Below the pieces are notes generated by a model, which was given only the letters and a program-made list of their open reading frames with translations, ran no database searches and was not told where the DNA came from. From contig NC_083427.1 in assembly GCF_020745735.1 (NCBI RefSeq), positions 1,891,438-1,955,437 on the forward strand: a DNA stretch of 64,000 nt, in the 5' to 3' direction. Numbering within the stretch: the stretch's first letter is position 1; the number at the start of each line of letters is the position of its first letter. The position numbers and the translations under genes are program-made. This document shows positions 38,370 to 49,824 of the stretch, piece by piece. Source of the stretch: Hemiscyllium ocellatum. Lineage: Eukaryota.

Positions 38370-40345
38370 TATTCATTGAATATAGAAGTCGCTGGCTAAT
38401 TATTATTTTTCACATCCCTATTGCCCTTCAGATGTCGTTGATGAGCTCTCGTCCTGAACCACTGCAGTTCGTTTGTACGAAGTTCACACACAATACATTA
38501 AGGAGGGAATTCCAGCACTTTGAACAAACGAGAGTGAAGGAACTGATATATATTTCCAAGTCTGGACAATGAATGGCTGGGAAGGAAATTTGAATGTAGT
38601 GGTGTTCCGATATCCTTAAATTTACAGATCGAATTTTTCTTGGCAATGGAGTGTGATGTTGGAAGGTGTGTGGCGAATTCCCACAGTGCATCCTGAAAAT
38701 AGTATACACTCCTGCTCATGCTTTATCGGCAGTAAAGTGAGTGGATGCTTCCAGATGCGGTGCAAATCAATTGGGCTGCTTTGTTTCCGTTGGTGTAATG
38801 TTTTTTGAGTGTTTTGGGGGCTGCACTCATCAAGGCATTGGAGGGTATTCCAAGATACTTATGACCTGCAGCTTGTAGATTCTGGGTAGACTTTGAGGAG
38901 TCAGAAAGTGAGCTACTTGCCGCAGTATTTTTAGCCTTTGACCTGTCCTTGTAGCATTTATGTTCCTCTGCTGAATCAAGTTGAGTTTTTAGTCAATGAT
39001 CACCCCCACGATGTTGATGATGGCAGACACATTGACAGCAACACTATTGAATGTCAATGGGTGGTGATTAGATTGCCTCTTATTGGTGCTGCTCATAGCG
39101 TGGCATTTATTTGACACGAGTTCTATTTCCTCGATAAAAACAATGACTGCAGATGCTGGAAACGAGATTCTGGGTTAGTGGTGCAGGAAAAGTATAGCAC
39201 TTCAGGCAGTATTCGAGGAGCAGGAAAATCGACGTTTCAGGCAAAGGTCCTTCATCAGGAATGCAGGCAGAGTGCCTGAAGGTCACCCTCCTCTCATTTA
39301 TCTCTCCACCCTTCACACACTCTGCCTGTATTCCTGTTTAGGGCTTTTGCCCAAATCGTCGATTTTCCTGCTTCCCGGATGCTGCCTGAAATGCTGTACT
39401 TTTCCAGCACCACCATTCCACGAATGTTATTTCCCACTTGTTAGCCCAGTATTTTTTCAGATCTTGTTGCATTTCAAGGTGGAATGCTTCAGTACGTGAG
39501 GAGTCACGGATGGAGCAAACCATTTAGCAACCATCCCGAATAATCCCACTTCAGACCTTATGATGGAATGAAGGTCATTGATGAAGAAGCTGAAGATGGT
39601 TGGGCTAAGGACAGTAGCCTAATGAAATCCTGCAGAAATGCCTTCGACCTGAGATTACTGAACTTCCACAGCCACGAGCATTCCCTGATATTCCAGGAAT
39701 GCCTGAAACCAATTGGGATTTCCCCGATAGCAATTGATTCAATTGTTGCTCGTACTTATTGATGACAAACTTAGTGGCATGCAGCCTCGAAGTCAAGGGC
39801 TGTTACCTTCTGCTCACCTCTGTAATTCAGATATTTTGTCCATGTTTCAATCAAAGCTGGAATGAGATCTGGAGCTAGGTGGCCCTGACAGGTGCCAAAC
39901 TGAGCATAACTGAACAGGTGCTTGCTGAGCATGTGGTACTTTAGCATTGTGTTGGCACCTTCAATTGCTACACTGATGATCGAGAGGAGACTGATGGAAC
40001 TGATTTGTCCAGCTCAGTGTGTACAGGACATACCTGAGCAATGTGCGACTATTATTGAGTAGACACTAGTGTTGGACATGTGCTGGAACAGCTATGCTAC
40101 GGATGGAGCAAGTTGTAGAGCACTAGTCTTCACTACGATTTCCTGAATGTTGTCAGGGCCCGTAGCATTTGCAGTATCTAGTGTCACCAATCGCTTCTTG
40201 GTATCACGTGGAGTGAATCGAATATTCTGAAAATTGTATCTGCAATGCTGGGGAACATTGGAATAGGCAAAGATGGATCATCCACACAGTACTCCTAGCT
40301 AAAGATGTTGCAAACGCCTAAGCCTCATCTTTTGCTCTAATGTGC
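38370..40345 (-). mobile_element. L2/CR1-clade LINE (copy 2)
   Basis: Paralogue of 23860-25850. Confidence 0.75.
39175..39415. mobile_element. Penelope-derived foldback element (copy 2)
   Basis: Paralogue of 24672-24915. The minus-strand core CTGATGA-aggacctttgcct-GAAAC-GTC at 39231-39258 is intact. Confidence 0.75.
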
Positions 40346-41649
40346 GAAGCGTTTCTACCAAAATAATTATTCGCTCATCAAAGGAAATGAGCACTTACAT
40401 GTTGGAAACAATGTCAGCACCAGGTTCACAAACGAATGACATTGAAAGCCCACCATATTTACCAGGAAAATAGGTTTAATCACTTAACTTAATGGGACTC
40501 AATGAAACATCCCTTATCATTTCCATTGAATTTAAGGGACAGTTAAATGATGAAACCGTAAATGGGCTGACTTTGATTCTGTCAAATCGCACCGTGAGGT
40601 ATTCTCCCCTGAAATAATTTTCTTCTATTCCATAGGTAGAGAATTCGAACCAACAATTTCTCGGAGATTTTCATCATAGTCGTGAAAAAACGTCAGCTCA
40701 AAGTGTATGAAGATGCTGCATGAAATTTATCTGTTCATTAATGCATGAAATTATGCCTCAATTAGCCAAACGTTTGAAATTGGAATCAGTGGTCAACCAC
40801 GATAAGACTACAACTGAACGAGGGGCAATCTTCCATCCATTCGATGCAGAATTGTGCATAAAAAATGAGATACAGGTTGGGCCATGAACTTCGGTGCTTC
40901 TCAAGGTTGCGTTAATATGTCGGCTTCTCTTGTATAAATATGTGGCAACGATGAGAGCGGAGAAACAGATTTTCATTGTGCAATGTTGACTGAGAAAGCA
41001 GCGTCATTGAGCTGTCACAGCGCATTAAAAAGGAAGGTCGGCATTGAGTTTAAATTAGTTTTGAAACAGGGTTGTTCGAGAAGGCAGACCATTTGAGTTA
41101 ATTTAACCAAGATACTGGACCAAGTACTGACGAATGAGCAATGTAGTTCGCAGTCATTTTTACAGCCTATGGAGAGTAAGGGAATTGTAAAACTACTTCG
41201 GGATTGTTGCAATATATGACGGGTGATTAGGCAGTACAGTTATTTGCAGAGGCATTAAGGCTAAAGTAGAGGTAGTTGAGCTCTGGTGTTATTGTTCAGG
41301 ACTGAAGAAGAGCAGAGAAATGCCATTGGCTTAATTATCATCATCTGGTTCATTTACACCAACCTTGCATCACAAGTTGAGAACGAGCAATGTTTGCTTA
41401 TTATTCTACAAAGTTAAGCCCTATCTGGCACTGATCAGATCCTGAAAAGTCCATAGAAAAACAGAGAAAGTCCTTGACAGCATTGGGGCTTTGTATTGAA
41501 GTGCCAAGCAGCACAGGAAATCAGCACTGACTCATGATCATCAGGAAAAAAGCTCACCATTGCCTCCTCAATGGTATTAACAGTGCTCACGTCTGTGCTA
41601 TCCATATCTTAGTGTTTCGTATTTAGCCAAAACTGACTGCATCAATCTT

Positions 41650-42200
41650 TAAATATCACTGCTGCCAGAACACACCCAAAAGTTTCCATTTAGCATCACA
41701 TAATTGAACTCCTGACTCCACAATGTTTTCGCTATAACGACACATCAGTATTCCCATATGTGATGAAAGCTTTTCCAGTGGCTCAGATGAGTGCAGCTTC
41801 ATCAGCATGACAGAAGCTGACACCAGCCAAACAAAGCATGTCCATTTGATTGACACCTCATCAACCACCTTCAACGAGCACGACAGTCGCACACAATTCC
41901 AAAAGTGTGTAATATGAACAACATTCATCTCCAAAGATTGTTGATGACTTTAATTTCCGAACTGCGATACTGAAACAGCAACAATCGCAAGGGACGCCAA
42001 TGCATGTTCACTTCGCCAATGGCAAATTCTCTTCTAATCCATACATAATACTGACACCGAACTCGACCAACATTCTTTTCGTAGTTGATATTTGCAAATC
42101 CTGGTATCACTTCCAACAATGCCTGTTGGTACCTTCACAGGGAACGATGAAAGTTAACAAAGTACCCACCCGCCACCCCCACATGGTAAGTTAGGAATGG
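41650..42200 (+). mobile_element. L2/CR1-clade LINE 3' fragment (copy 2)
   Basis: Paralogue of 27150-27700. Confidence 0.6.
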
Positions 42201-44819
42201 TAATACTTCAATATATAATGTCCTGGTCAGCGATACCCCGTCCGATGATGATTACAAAGTGAAATGATGAGAGATTTATGCAGGAGTATTGGAGGAAAAG
42301 GGAAGCTTTCCATCATTTTTAGATTAATACAAGGCGAACAGATGCGCAGAATTTCTTTTGCAAAAGAAAGTGGTGCATTGTTAAAGACTGAGATTCTGGA
42401 AATAATGTGAATTATAATCTGATGAAGGAGAATGACAGTTAATTTGATTTCTGTTAATACAAGTCTGCGCAGAGAGAGCAATGAAGAGTGATTAGTTGCA
42501 AACAGTAAGAGGTTTAATGGGTGGACAGAGTCCAAATAAAATGTATAGAGGTTATTTTGATAGCAAACTATCATATTATTGATAAGTTTGGTACGCTTTT
42601 GTTTGGTACATGGTGACCGTAATGCATCTTGTTTCAGTCACTTCCATATTTTTCTTTTAGTCATGCGTAACCATGGAAGTGGTTCACCACAGTCATCAGT
42701 GGCAGACAGCGTTCCCACACAGGCTCGCTGGCTTGCTGAAAACTGCCAGTGTCAAAAAGGAAGTCATTCATCATTGTCTTCAATTCTTGACATTTAACGG
42801 AGAAAACCAATGCTGCACATTTGGGTCGATCTAAGCTTAACAACAGATTGTTGCAACGTTCGTGTGGAATATTCATTCCTATCAAGTCGACCATCTGCGA
42901 TATGTTTAAATGTGGTGTCCTACATTTTGTCTTTTCCTTTAGGAATTGATTCTGTCATGTTTACTTAGCCTTGTTCGAGGTCAAAACTGGGGAGAATTGA
43001 TGTATGTTAGCTGCATCAGAAACCACGTGTGCCCCTTGATATGTCTGCTTCACAATATGCTACTCATTATCACGTAGACTATTATTTATAAAGAACGGAA
43101 TATATCAACTAAACCGCTCGACATATTTGGACCCGTCTTTAGGGCATTTGAGATCTGATCCTACAACGTCAGTACCATGCCTCAGACAATATTACAGCCA
43201 CGAATCATTCACTGAGCGTTGTGTCATTGGAGTCTTCTCAAATAATTCGAATCAGTTTCCAGTCAGTGCATTGAAATGACTTATTATTTTCTATCTTATA
43301 AATAACAATGGTTGTTTCACATTAACATGTGTTCATTTAATTTCGAATCTTCAAATGAACGTAACACTATTAATGCTGAGAATATGTTTATGCTTCTATG
43401 ATCAGAGAAAACGGAACACACCTGAACACATGGAAACACTTGCCTGGAGTGAGATCTCCAAGGAGATATATCATTTCTCATCATCTGTCTCTCTTTCATC
43501 GACTGTCCGACATCCCAGAGGAAGATCATTCAGTGTTTAAATATATATTAATCGTTTCCAAACTCAGTTTCAAATCAATTTGATCATTGCACAAGACCAC
43601 GTGGAAGGATTCAGTTTAACATGACGTGGCACGGAACAAAACATTTGAAGAGCAGTTCGATTTACATCTGAAGCCGAAACTGCAATTGAAATTGATACTG
43701 GTCTTTCTACACGTTATCCTATGTAATCGACTGATCTGAATACGCTTTGACTTGATATCACTCAAATCGACACAATTTGTCTTGAAGTCTCCATCTGCTA
43801 TCAGCAGCGGTGAGCGGAGAGACAATTCGAAAAGGATAACATCCTTTGAGCACAATATATTTACTGATTTAATTGCTCACTTTGCTAGCTTTCAAGATAC
43901 ACTTATGTTTACTTATTAAAAGCAAAGAACGTTTGAAATATCCTATAAACGTTTAGGTGTGACATTTGCAGCGTTCCAGTATGTCACCTCTTCAAGGTGT
44001 ATATACATTGGAATACAAAATCACGTTATGTAAGTTGTGAGCATCACAGATTCAACTGTAAAGACGTGCCACAGTCTGATGAATCGGAATTTCACCATAC
44101 CCTGTAATATGCCAAACAGAATTTGAACAAGACACTCAATACCTGAAAATTGGGTTTTTGAACATTGGAAACAAACATTTAATATTATTGGTATTTTGAT
44201 TCCATCTACTTTTACAGCCTTCTTTGCTCAACATTCAGATTCACAACTTCAGACGATGAACATTGTCATTAATTTCGAAGCTTATTTTTCCTCAGGATGT
44301 TCTTAATTCTTTCAGAGTGATTGACGTCATGTGAATGTTTTATTTCCCATTTTCATTCACTGTGGATCAATATTATGTCTCATTTGTGCAATAACTCCAA
44401 CAAGTCTATTTTTGTCTCATTGTGCGATATGATCTTCTGTCACCCTAGTCTCGAAACCTTTCCTCGAGCTTCCGTTTTGTTTATGTCGTTTTCATTGTTT
44501 GGCACTTTGCAGACTCCAAGACTCAATACTGGATTCCATAGCCTCAGAGCCTACCCTATTATTTGTGTTATTCATTTTCCTCATATTCTTCCCATGCCCT
44601 CCCACTCAGAATTTGGCTTATCTGTCTTTTGTTTACTTTTCTCTCAGTAGACATGACTCGTTTTTGTCCCTTCACACCTCAATGAACGCCCATTATACAT
44701 CCCTATTTCTCTTTCAACATCAGTAACAAATGTTTTTTTTTTACCACGCCTCGTCATTACCTGTTCTCTTCACACCTTCTCTACGTCTTTCAGAAACATT
44801 AAATAAAAGCACCTTTCTA

Positions 44820-44930
44820 TACCGGTGAGTTGTGAAGAACAGTCACACTCGACTTGAAACATTAACTTTATTTCTTTCTCCACAGGTACTGCCAGATATG
44901 CTGAGTTTAATCCAAAAACTGCTGCAGTGA
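44820..44930 (+). mobile_element. Penelope-derived short element with decayed hammerhead
   Basis: gtTGAAGAacagtcacactcgacttGAAACattaac...ctccacaggtactgccagatatgctgag. Confidence 0.5.
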
Positions 44931-45559
44931 TTTCATAACGCTTCTTTGTCGGTCTACTCATCTTTCCAATACACTGCACAACCGATGGTAAGTGTGGGGA
45001 AATTTCCTCATCTGATATTCTGAAGTCCCAGTGACAAACGCACGCACCACGCATTGTACCAGCCTGGATCAATCGATGCAAGGATTCACATGGTTGATGG
45101 GAAATGGTGAATCTTCTCTGCCATGCCATTGTAGCGACACACATTGACAGTATCAGGAAGCATCCCAGTGCACATTGAGGTATTGCAGTATTGAATCATT
45201 TTGCACAAAGTGAATTCAAATGCTCAACGACAGTCAGTTGAACAAAAGGCCCTCTTTTATTTCAGTTTGTTTTTCGAAATATGACGAATGATAAACATTT
45301 ATTTCGATTATATTCAATCAAATGCCTAAAATAACATAATACCGGGAAGCGACAAAAACAAAACCAACATTGTGTGCAAATTGGCATCAGTTTGCAGATT
45401 AATTTGTGGGCATGGAGAATGATTCAAATCCCCAGCAGACTATGAAAGTCTGGGTGTGATTGCCTGTATAAATATAGCTGCCAATATTCTGTGATTGCGC
45501 AAATACTTGTGGGGATATTGAGCTCAACATTCCTGAGCAAAACTTGCTGAAGACACGGA

Positions 45560-45870
45560 CACGTTGAGATTTTTTGACAGAATTTGCAGCTCCGCTTATG
45601 GAGCAGGTTGTCGGTTTGCTTATTGTGCTAATGGTTTTGCTTTCAAACGTTTCAGTGCCATGCTGGGGAGAATCATCAGTGAGGCTCCAGTGAAGTATTG
45701 CTATTCTGTGTCGCTTGCTTCTGAAGTGTCTTGGTTTGTTGTGGTGGGTGGCATCATGTTCGGTTCGACTTCCGAGCGGTTGATAAATGGGCTCTAAATC
45801 TCTATGTTTGTTATCAGAGTTCTGTTTTCACATGCAGGGATATCGTAATTACCACGTGTGTTTGTTTGAC
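45560..45870 (-). mobile_element. Penelope-like element 3' end with hammerhead core
   Basis: The reverse complement resembles 4350-4560. The core tcaCTGATGA-t-tctccccagcatggcact-GAAAC-GTT-tga lies at ~45644-45683 with stem II decayed. Confidence 0.7.
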
Positions 45871-46429
45871 ATGACAAAGCATGGATGAATTGTTCAAGTC
45901 GAAATGGATAGACAGACATGCAGGCAGGTAGACAGGCAGACAGAGGACGTGACCTTTTTTTCCTGTGACAGGTTATAAACTAAAGGTTCAACAGCTATTT
46001 GGTTTGTACTACTGACTAGTCGAAAACATTGGAACCTGAGCTGGAAACATTCCAAAGTGCAGAAAACAAAATGGATTGAAAAGCCTCACTGACAGGACAT
46101 TCATCCTCTTGAAGAGTTTCGAGTGCTGGATGGTGTCGATATTTTGGATGTTAGAATTGTCGCTCAAAACACATAGAAAATGATGAACAAATGATTGAAA
46201 AATAGCATGCTGATGGACAAAATAAATAAGTGCTTTGAAAGCATCTTCTTTGCAGTTCATGCAGAAGTGTGGAAAATAGTCAGCGATGGCCGGGTTATGG
46301 AAATATTAACTTACTGATTTGCACATTGATACGTTTGAACGAAAGTAAGTGTACAGAGATCGACGGAGAAGTCAGAAATCAGTTTACAGAGATATTGTTA
46401 TTCATAGTTGATTTTTGTACGATGGGATG

Positions 46430-46465
46430 AGTCGATGGATAATAGATAGATCGATCGGTGATAGA

Positions 46466-46496
<31 letters not shown>

Positions 46497-46605
46497 GCGA
46501 TCATGCAGTACATAGATCGGTCGATGAATCCGGAGATGGATCGGTGGATGGCTTAGGTAGATGGCTAGATAGATGCATAGCTTGGTAGATAGATACGTGT
46601 GTAGA
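46430..46605. repeat. (GATA)n-like tetranucleotide repeat, imperfect
   Basis: atagatagatagatagatag... read directly. Confidence 0.9.
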
Positions 46606-47259
46606 TACATATGTGAACAGAGATTGGAGTGCTAAAGAGTGTTATGGAGGTAGGGAATGCAGAGGAAGTTGATGTGGAAGGAGAGTCTTGTAATTGGGAA
46701 CAACAACTGTCATGCATCTACCTACAGCTAATTAAAAGCTTACAGTGGGAATCAGAATCAATTAATATATCGTTATGGCTTAGTAACTCAAAATTGACCT
46801 CTCAAATTCCATTGATAGCTGGTGCATATAAATGCCTCAAGACGTTCCAAAGCCGTAATGAGATATTAATCAATAATAAAGAGCAGAACTTGTCCGCATG
46901 ACTGAAGTGTTAATGATCCAGAGTCCAAAAGCATAAATAAAATATATGGCATACTGCATTAATGGGACAAAAATGGATTGTATCCCCCCAAAAAAGAAAG
47001 GTTTACTTTCTCCTTCACTTCTTAAATATTTTTCTCGGTGTGAGAAGAGAAATCCATTACCTCTGTATGACAATACAATTGAAATATGATTTCAAGGATG
47101 AGATGATTACGCAACTCATTTTACGGATCGTAGAGGCAATTCCAATTCTCTTTTGGGCAGGAGCTGGGATTATAGGTGGTTGCATGTTCTGAGTTTATGC
47201 AACATCTACAGTCCAGGAACTGAACATGGTTGTGACTCCCAATAGTTGCCTGTCAGCGT

Positions 47260-47466
47260 TGAACATTGCATGAAGGTATACCTGAATATTCAGACTTTGT
47301 GCTGTTATCGAGTCATCGGGTCATTGAGGCGTACTGCACGGAAACAGACCTTTTGTCCTCTGGTCCATTCCTACCAGCTATCTTAACCTAATCTAGTCCC
47401 GTATGACAGCGCTTGGCGCATGTCCCTCTAAACACTCTCTATTCATATATATATGAATATCATATT

Positions 47467-47555
<89 letters not shown>

Positions 47556-48010
47556 CCAGATGCCTTTTAGGTGCTGTAAATGTACCAGCCTCCATAACTT
47601 TCTGCGGCAGCTGATTCCATACATGCCTTACCCTCTGTGTTAAACGTTGCCCTTTCGGTCCCTTTTAAATCTTTCGCGTTTAACACTAAAACTATGCCCT
47701 CCAGTTCTTAGCTTTGACCCGCCTCAAGGAAAAGACATTGTACATTTATAATAACCACGCTTTTTGCGATTTTACAAACCTCAACAATTTGAACCCTCTT
47801 CCGAATCTCCAGAGAAAACAACCCCAGCCTATTCAGTCTCGTCCTACAGGTCATGCCCTCCAAGCATGAAAACTTCTTTATAAATCTTTTCAGCACCCTT
47901 TCAAGTTTCAAAAACATTCTTCCGATTGGAAGGAGACCAGAACTGCACGCACCGTTCAAAACGTGGCCGAAGCAATGCCCTGCACAGCTGCAAGATTACC
48001 TCAAATTTTG
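47260..48010 (-). mobile_element. CR1 LINE 3' end, with inserted microsatellite
   Basis: Minus-strand LERVLKRFIKKFSCLEGMTCRTRLNRLGLFSLE (47708-47959). Confidence 0.8.
47471..47554. repeat. Compound (TC)n(TA)n(TG)n(TA)n microsatellite
   Basis: Read directly. Confidence 0.95.
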
Positions 48011-48094
48011 GTGCTTTCTCCAGAAGACTGTGCAGAAGTGTCATAGGTTATTTAATGAGTTCAAATGGACACCTTTTATTTGAACGAGGCAGAA

Positions 48095-48290
48095 GTGGCT
48101 ACTGCAGATGCTGGAAATTAGAGTAAAGATTAGAGTTGTGCGTGAAAAGCACAGCGGGTCAGACAGCATCCGAGAAGCAGGTAAACCGACGTTCCTTCCT
48201 GATGAAGGGCCTTTGCCCATAACGTCGATTTTCCTGCTCCTCGAATGCTGCCTGAACTGTTGTGCTTTTCCAGCACTTCTCTAACCCTGA
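48095..48290. mobile_element. Penelope-derived foldback element with hammerhead remnant
   Basis: actgcagatgctggaa...gaaaagcacagcgggtcagacagcatccgag arm, then ttcCTGATGAagggcctttgcccATAACgtcgattttcctgctcctcgaatgctgcctgaac inverted arm. Confidence 0.7.
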
Positions 48291-48499
48291 TTTACTGTTT
48301 CAAATATACTGAAGACTGAAGTATATTTGACTATGCAACAACATACATAAATTTTCAGGGTTTTAAAAGTGAATGACAATTTCAAAAATTGAATCGAATA
48401 TTCAATGCTGGATGCAGTAAAATATTTCAGGCAATGTTTGGACGCTTATGTCGACGACAGAGAAACTGAATGATGAAATAGCATCAATCATAAGGGAGA

Positions 48500-48700
48500 G
48501 GATAAGACCATAAGACCAAAAGAAACAGGGGTTGAAGTAAGGCCATTCGGCTCATCGAGTACACTCCGTCATTCAATTATGGCTGATGTGCATTTCAACG
48601 CCAATTACCTGCACGCTCCCCATATCCCTTAATTCATTACGAGATTAAGAATTTATCAATCTCTTGGTAGCAGAGAATAATGAGGGAGGGCGGGCAAAGT
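48500..48700 (-). mobile_element. CR1 3' tail fragment
   Basis: (gaccataa)n tail followed by ggccattcggctcatcgag, the reverse of a CR1 3' UTR. Confidence 0.6.
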
Positions 48701-48859
48701 ATGAATGAAAGTATAAGACTTACAAATCAGGAGTTAAAAGTAAGGATAGGAATTTAGAAAAAAATACATCGTTAAGAAAAAAATGAACACATTAAAGTAT
48801 CTTCCCCATATAACACGATTGAAAGAAAGCAGTCATATCCATGACACACGACTTTCCAA

Positions 48860-49040
48860 TCGTCTCCCCCCAACCTCAACAAGAATGACACACCCCGACC
48901 TTCAAACCTACGGGCTACGGAGAGAATGCGGGTAGTGGAGTTGAAATGCCCACCAGCCATGATTGAATGGTGGAGTGGACTCTATGGGCCGAATGGCTTT
49001 ACTTCCACTCCTATGTCTTATGGTCTTTTGGTCTTATGGA
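48860..49040 (+). mobile_element. CR1 3' tail fragment
   Basis: gattgaatggtggagtggactctatgggccgaatggcttacttccactcc followed by (tcttatgg)n. Confidence 0.65.
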
Positions 49041-49429
49041 AATGAAGCATTTGACAATTCTATCGACAGAAGCTTTGAAATCTTCGACAGAACTCAAAGC
49101 ATCTTTCTTCCTTCTTTCCTGATTGTTGTGGATCGTCTGGGTATGGCTATGAACTCATTTTACTGTGGCATGTAAAAAAATGACGAAAGAACCGCCTTGA
49201 ATTGCTGCCCCCTTCTTGTTTTAAGCATCGCTAACGTTTTGGGTATTCAGGATTCTAGACAGTACTTCATTTGATTTAGCACACAATGGGAGATGTGGAA
49301 CCGCTGTTTAATGCTTGACTCTCTGAAGTTTCATCGCTAATTTCTTAACTCGACATTTATGATCTGCATTATCATTGACCAAAATACTGCTGGATATCCA
49401 TGGATTCCTTTCCCGCTCCAATTCTAATT

Positions 49430-49820
49430 CGGTGTTTTTATTGTCATGGCCTGTGATTAGGAGAATGTCTCAGGGGTTCGTGCTTTGTCAATTGCTGTTG
49501 ATTCTTTATGTTAATGCTATGGATGAGAATGTACAAGGCATGATTAGTAAGATTTCAGACAAACATAAATAGGAGATATTGTGAACAGTGAGAAAGGTTA
49601 TCGGAAATTGCACTAAGACTTTCATCAGCTGGGGAAATATTCTGTGGAATGGCATATGGAGTTGAATGCAGATAAGTTTGAGGTCTTGCATTTTTAAAAG
49701 GCAAATGAATGCAGGAGTTTCATAGTGAATTTTAGGGACAGAAACAGAGTAGACGAACAAAGGGATCTTGGAGTTCATGTGCACGGCTTTCTGAAAGTGG
49801 CATCACAATTAGACTCAGCA
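49430..49820 (+). mobile_element. CR1 LINE RT fragment
   Basis: SQGFVLCQLLLILYVNAMDENVQGMISKISD corresponds to RT PQGSVLG.LLF.IYINDL...ISKFADD. Confidence 0.75.
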
Positions 49821-49824
49821 GAGA

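Larger units (their letters stand above)
30031..44509 (+). repeat. Tandem segmental duplication, copy 2 (~14.5 kb)
   Basis: See copy 1. The offset grows from ~14.35 kb to ~14.53 kb through small indels, for example ~115 bp present near 35900-36010 and absent near 21530. Confidence 0.95.

Noticed and set aside
43983-43998. GTCACCTCTTCAAG|GT resembling VTLFK|
   Set aside because: One base short of the frame, no TM stretch upstream, and the paralogous site differs.
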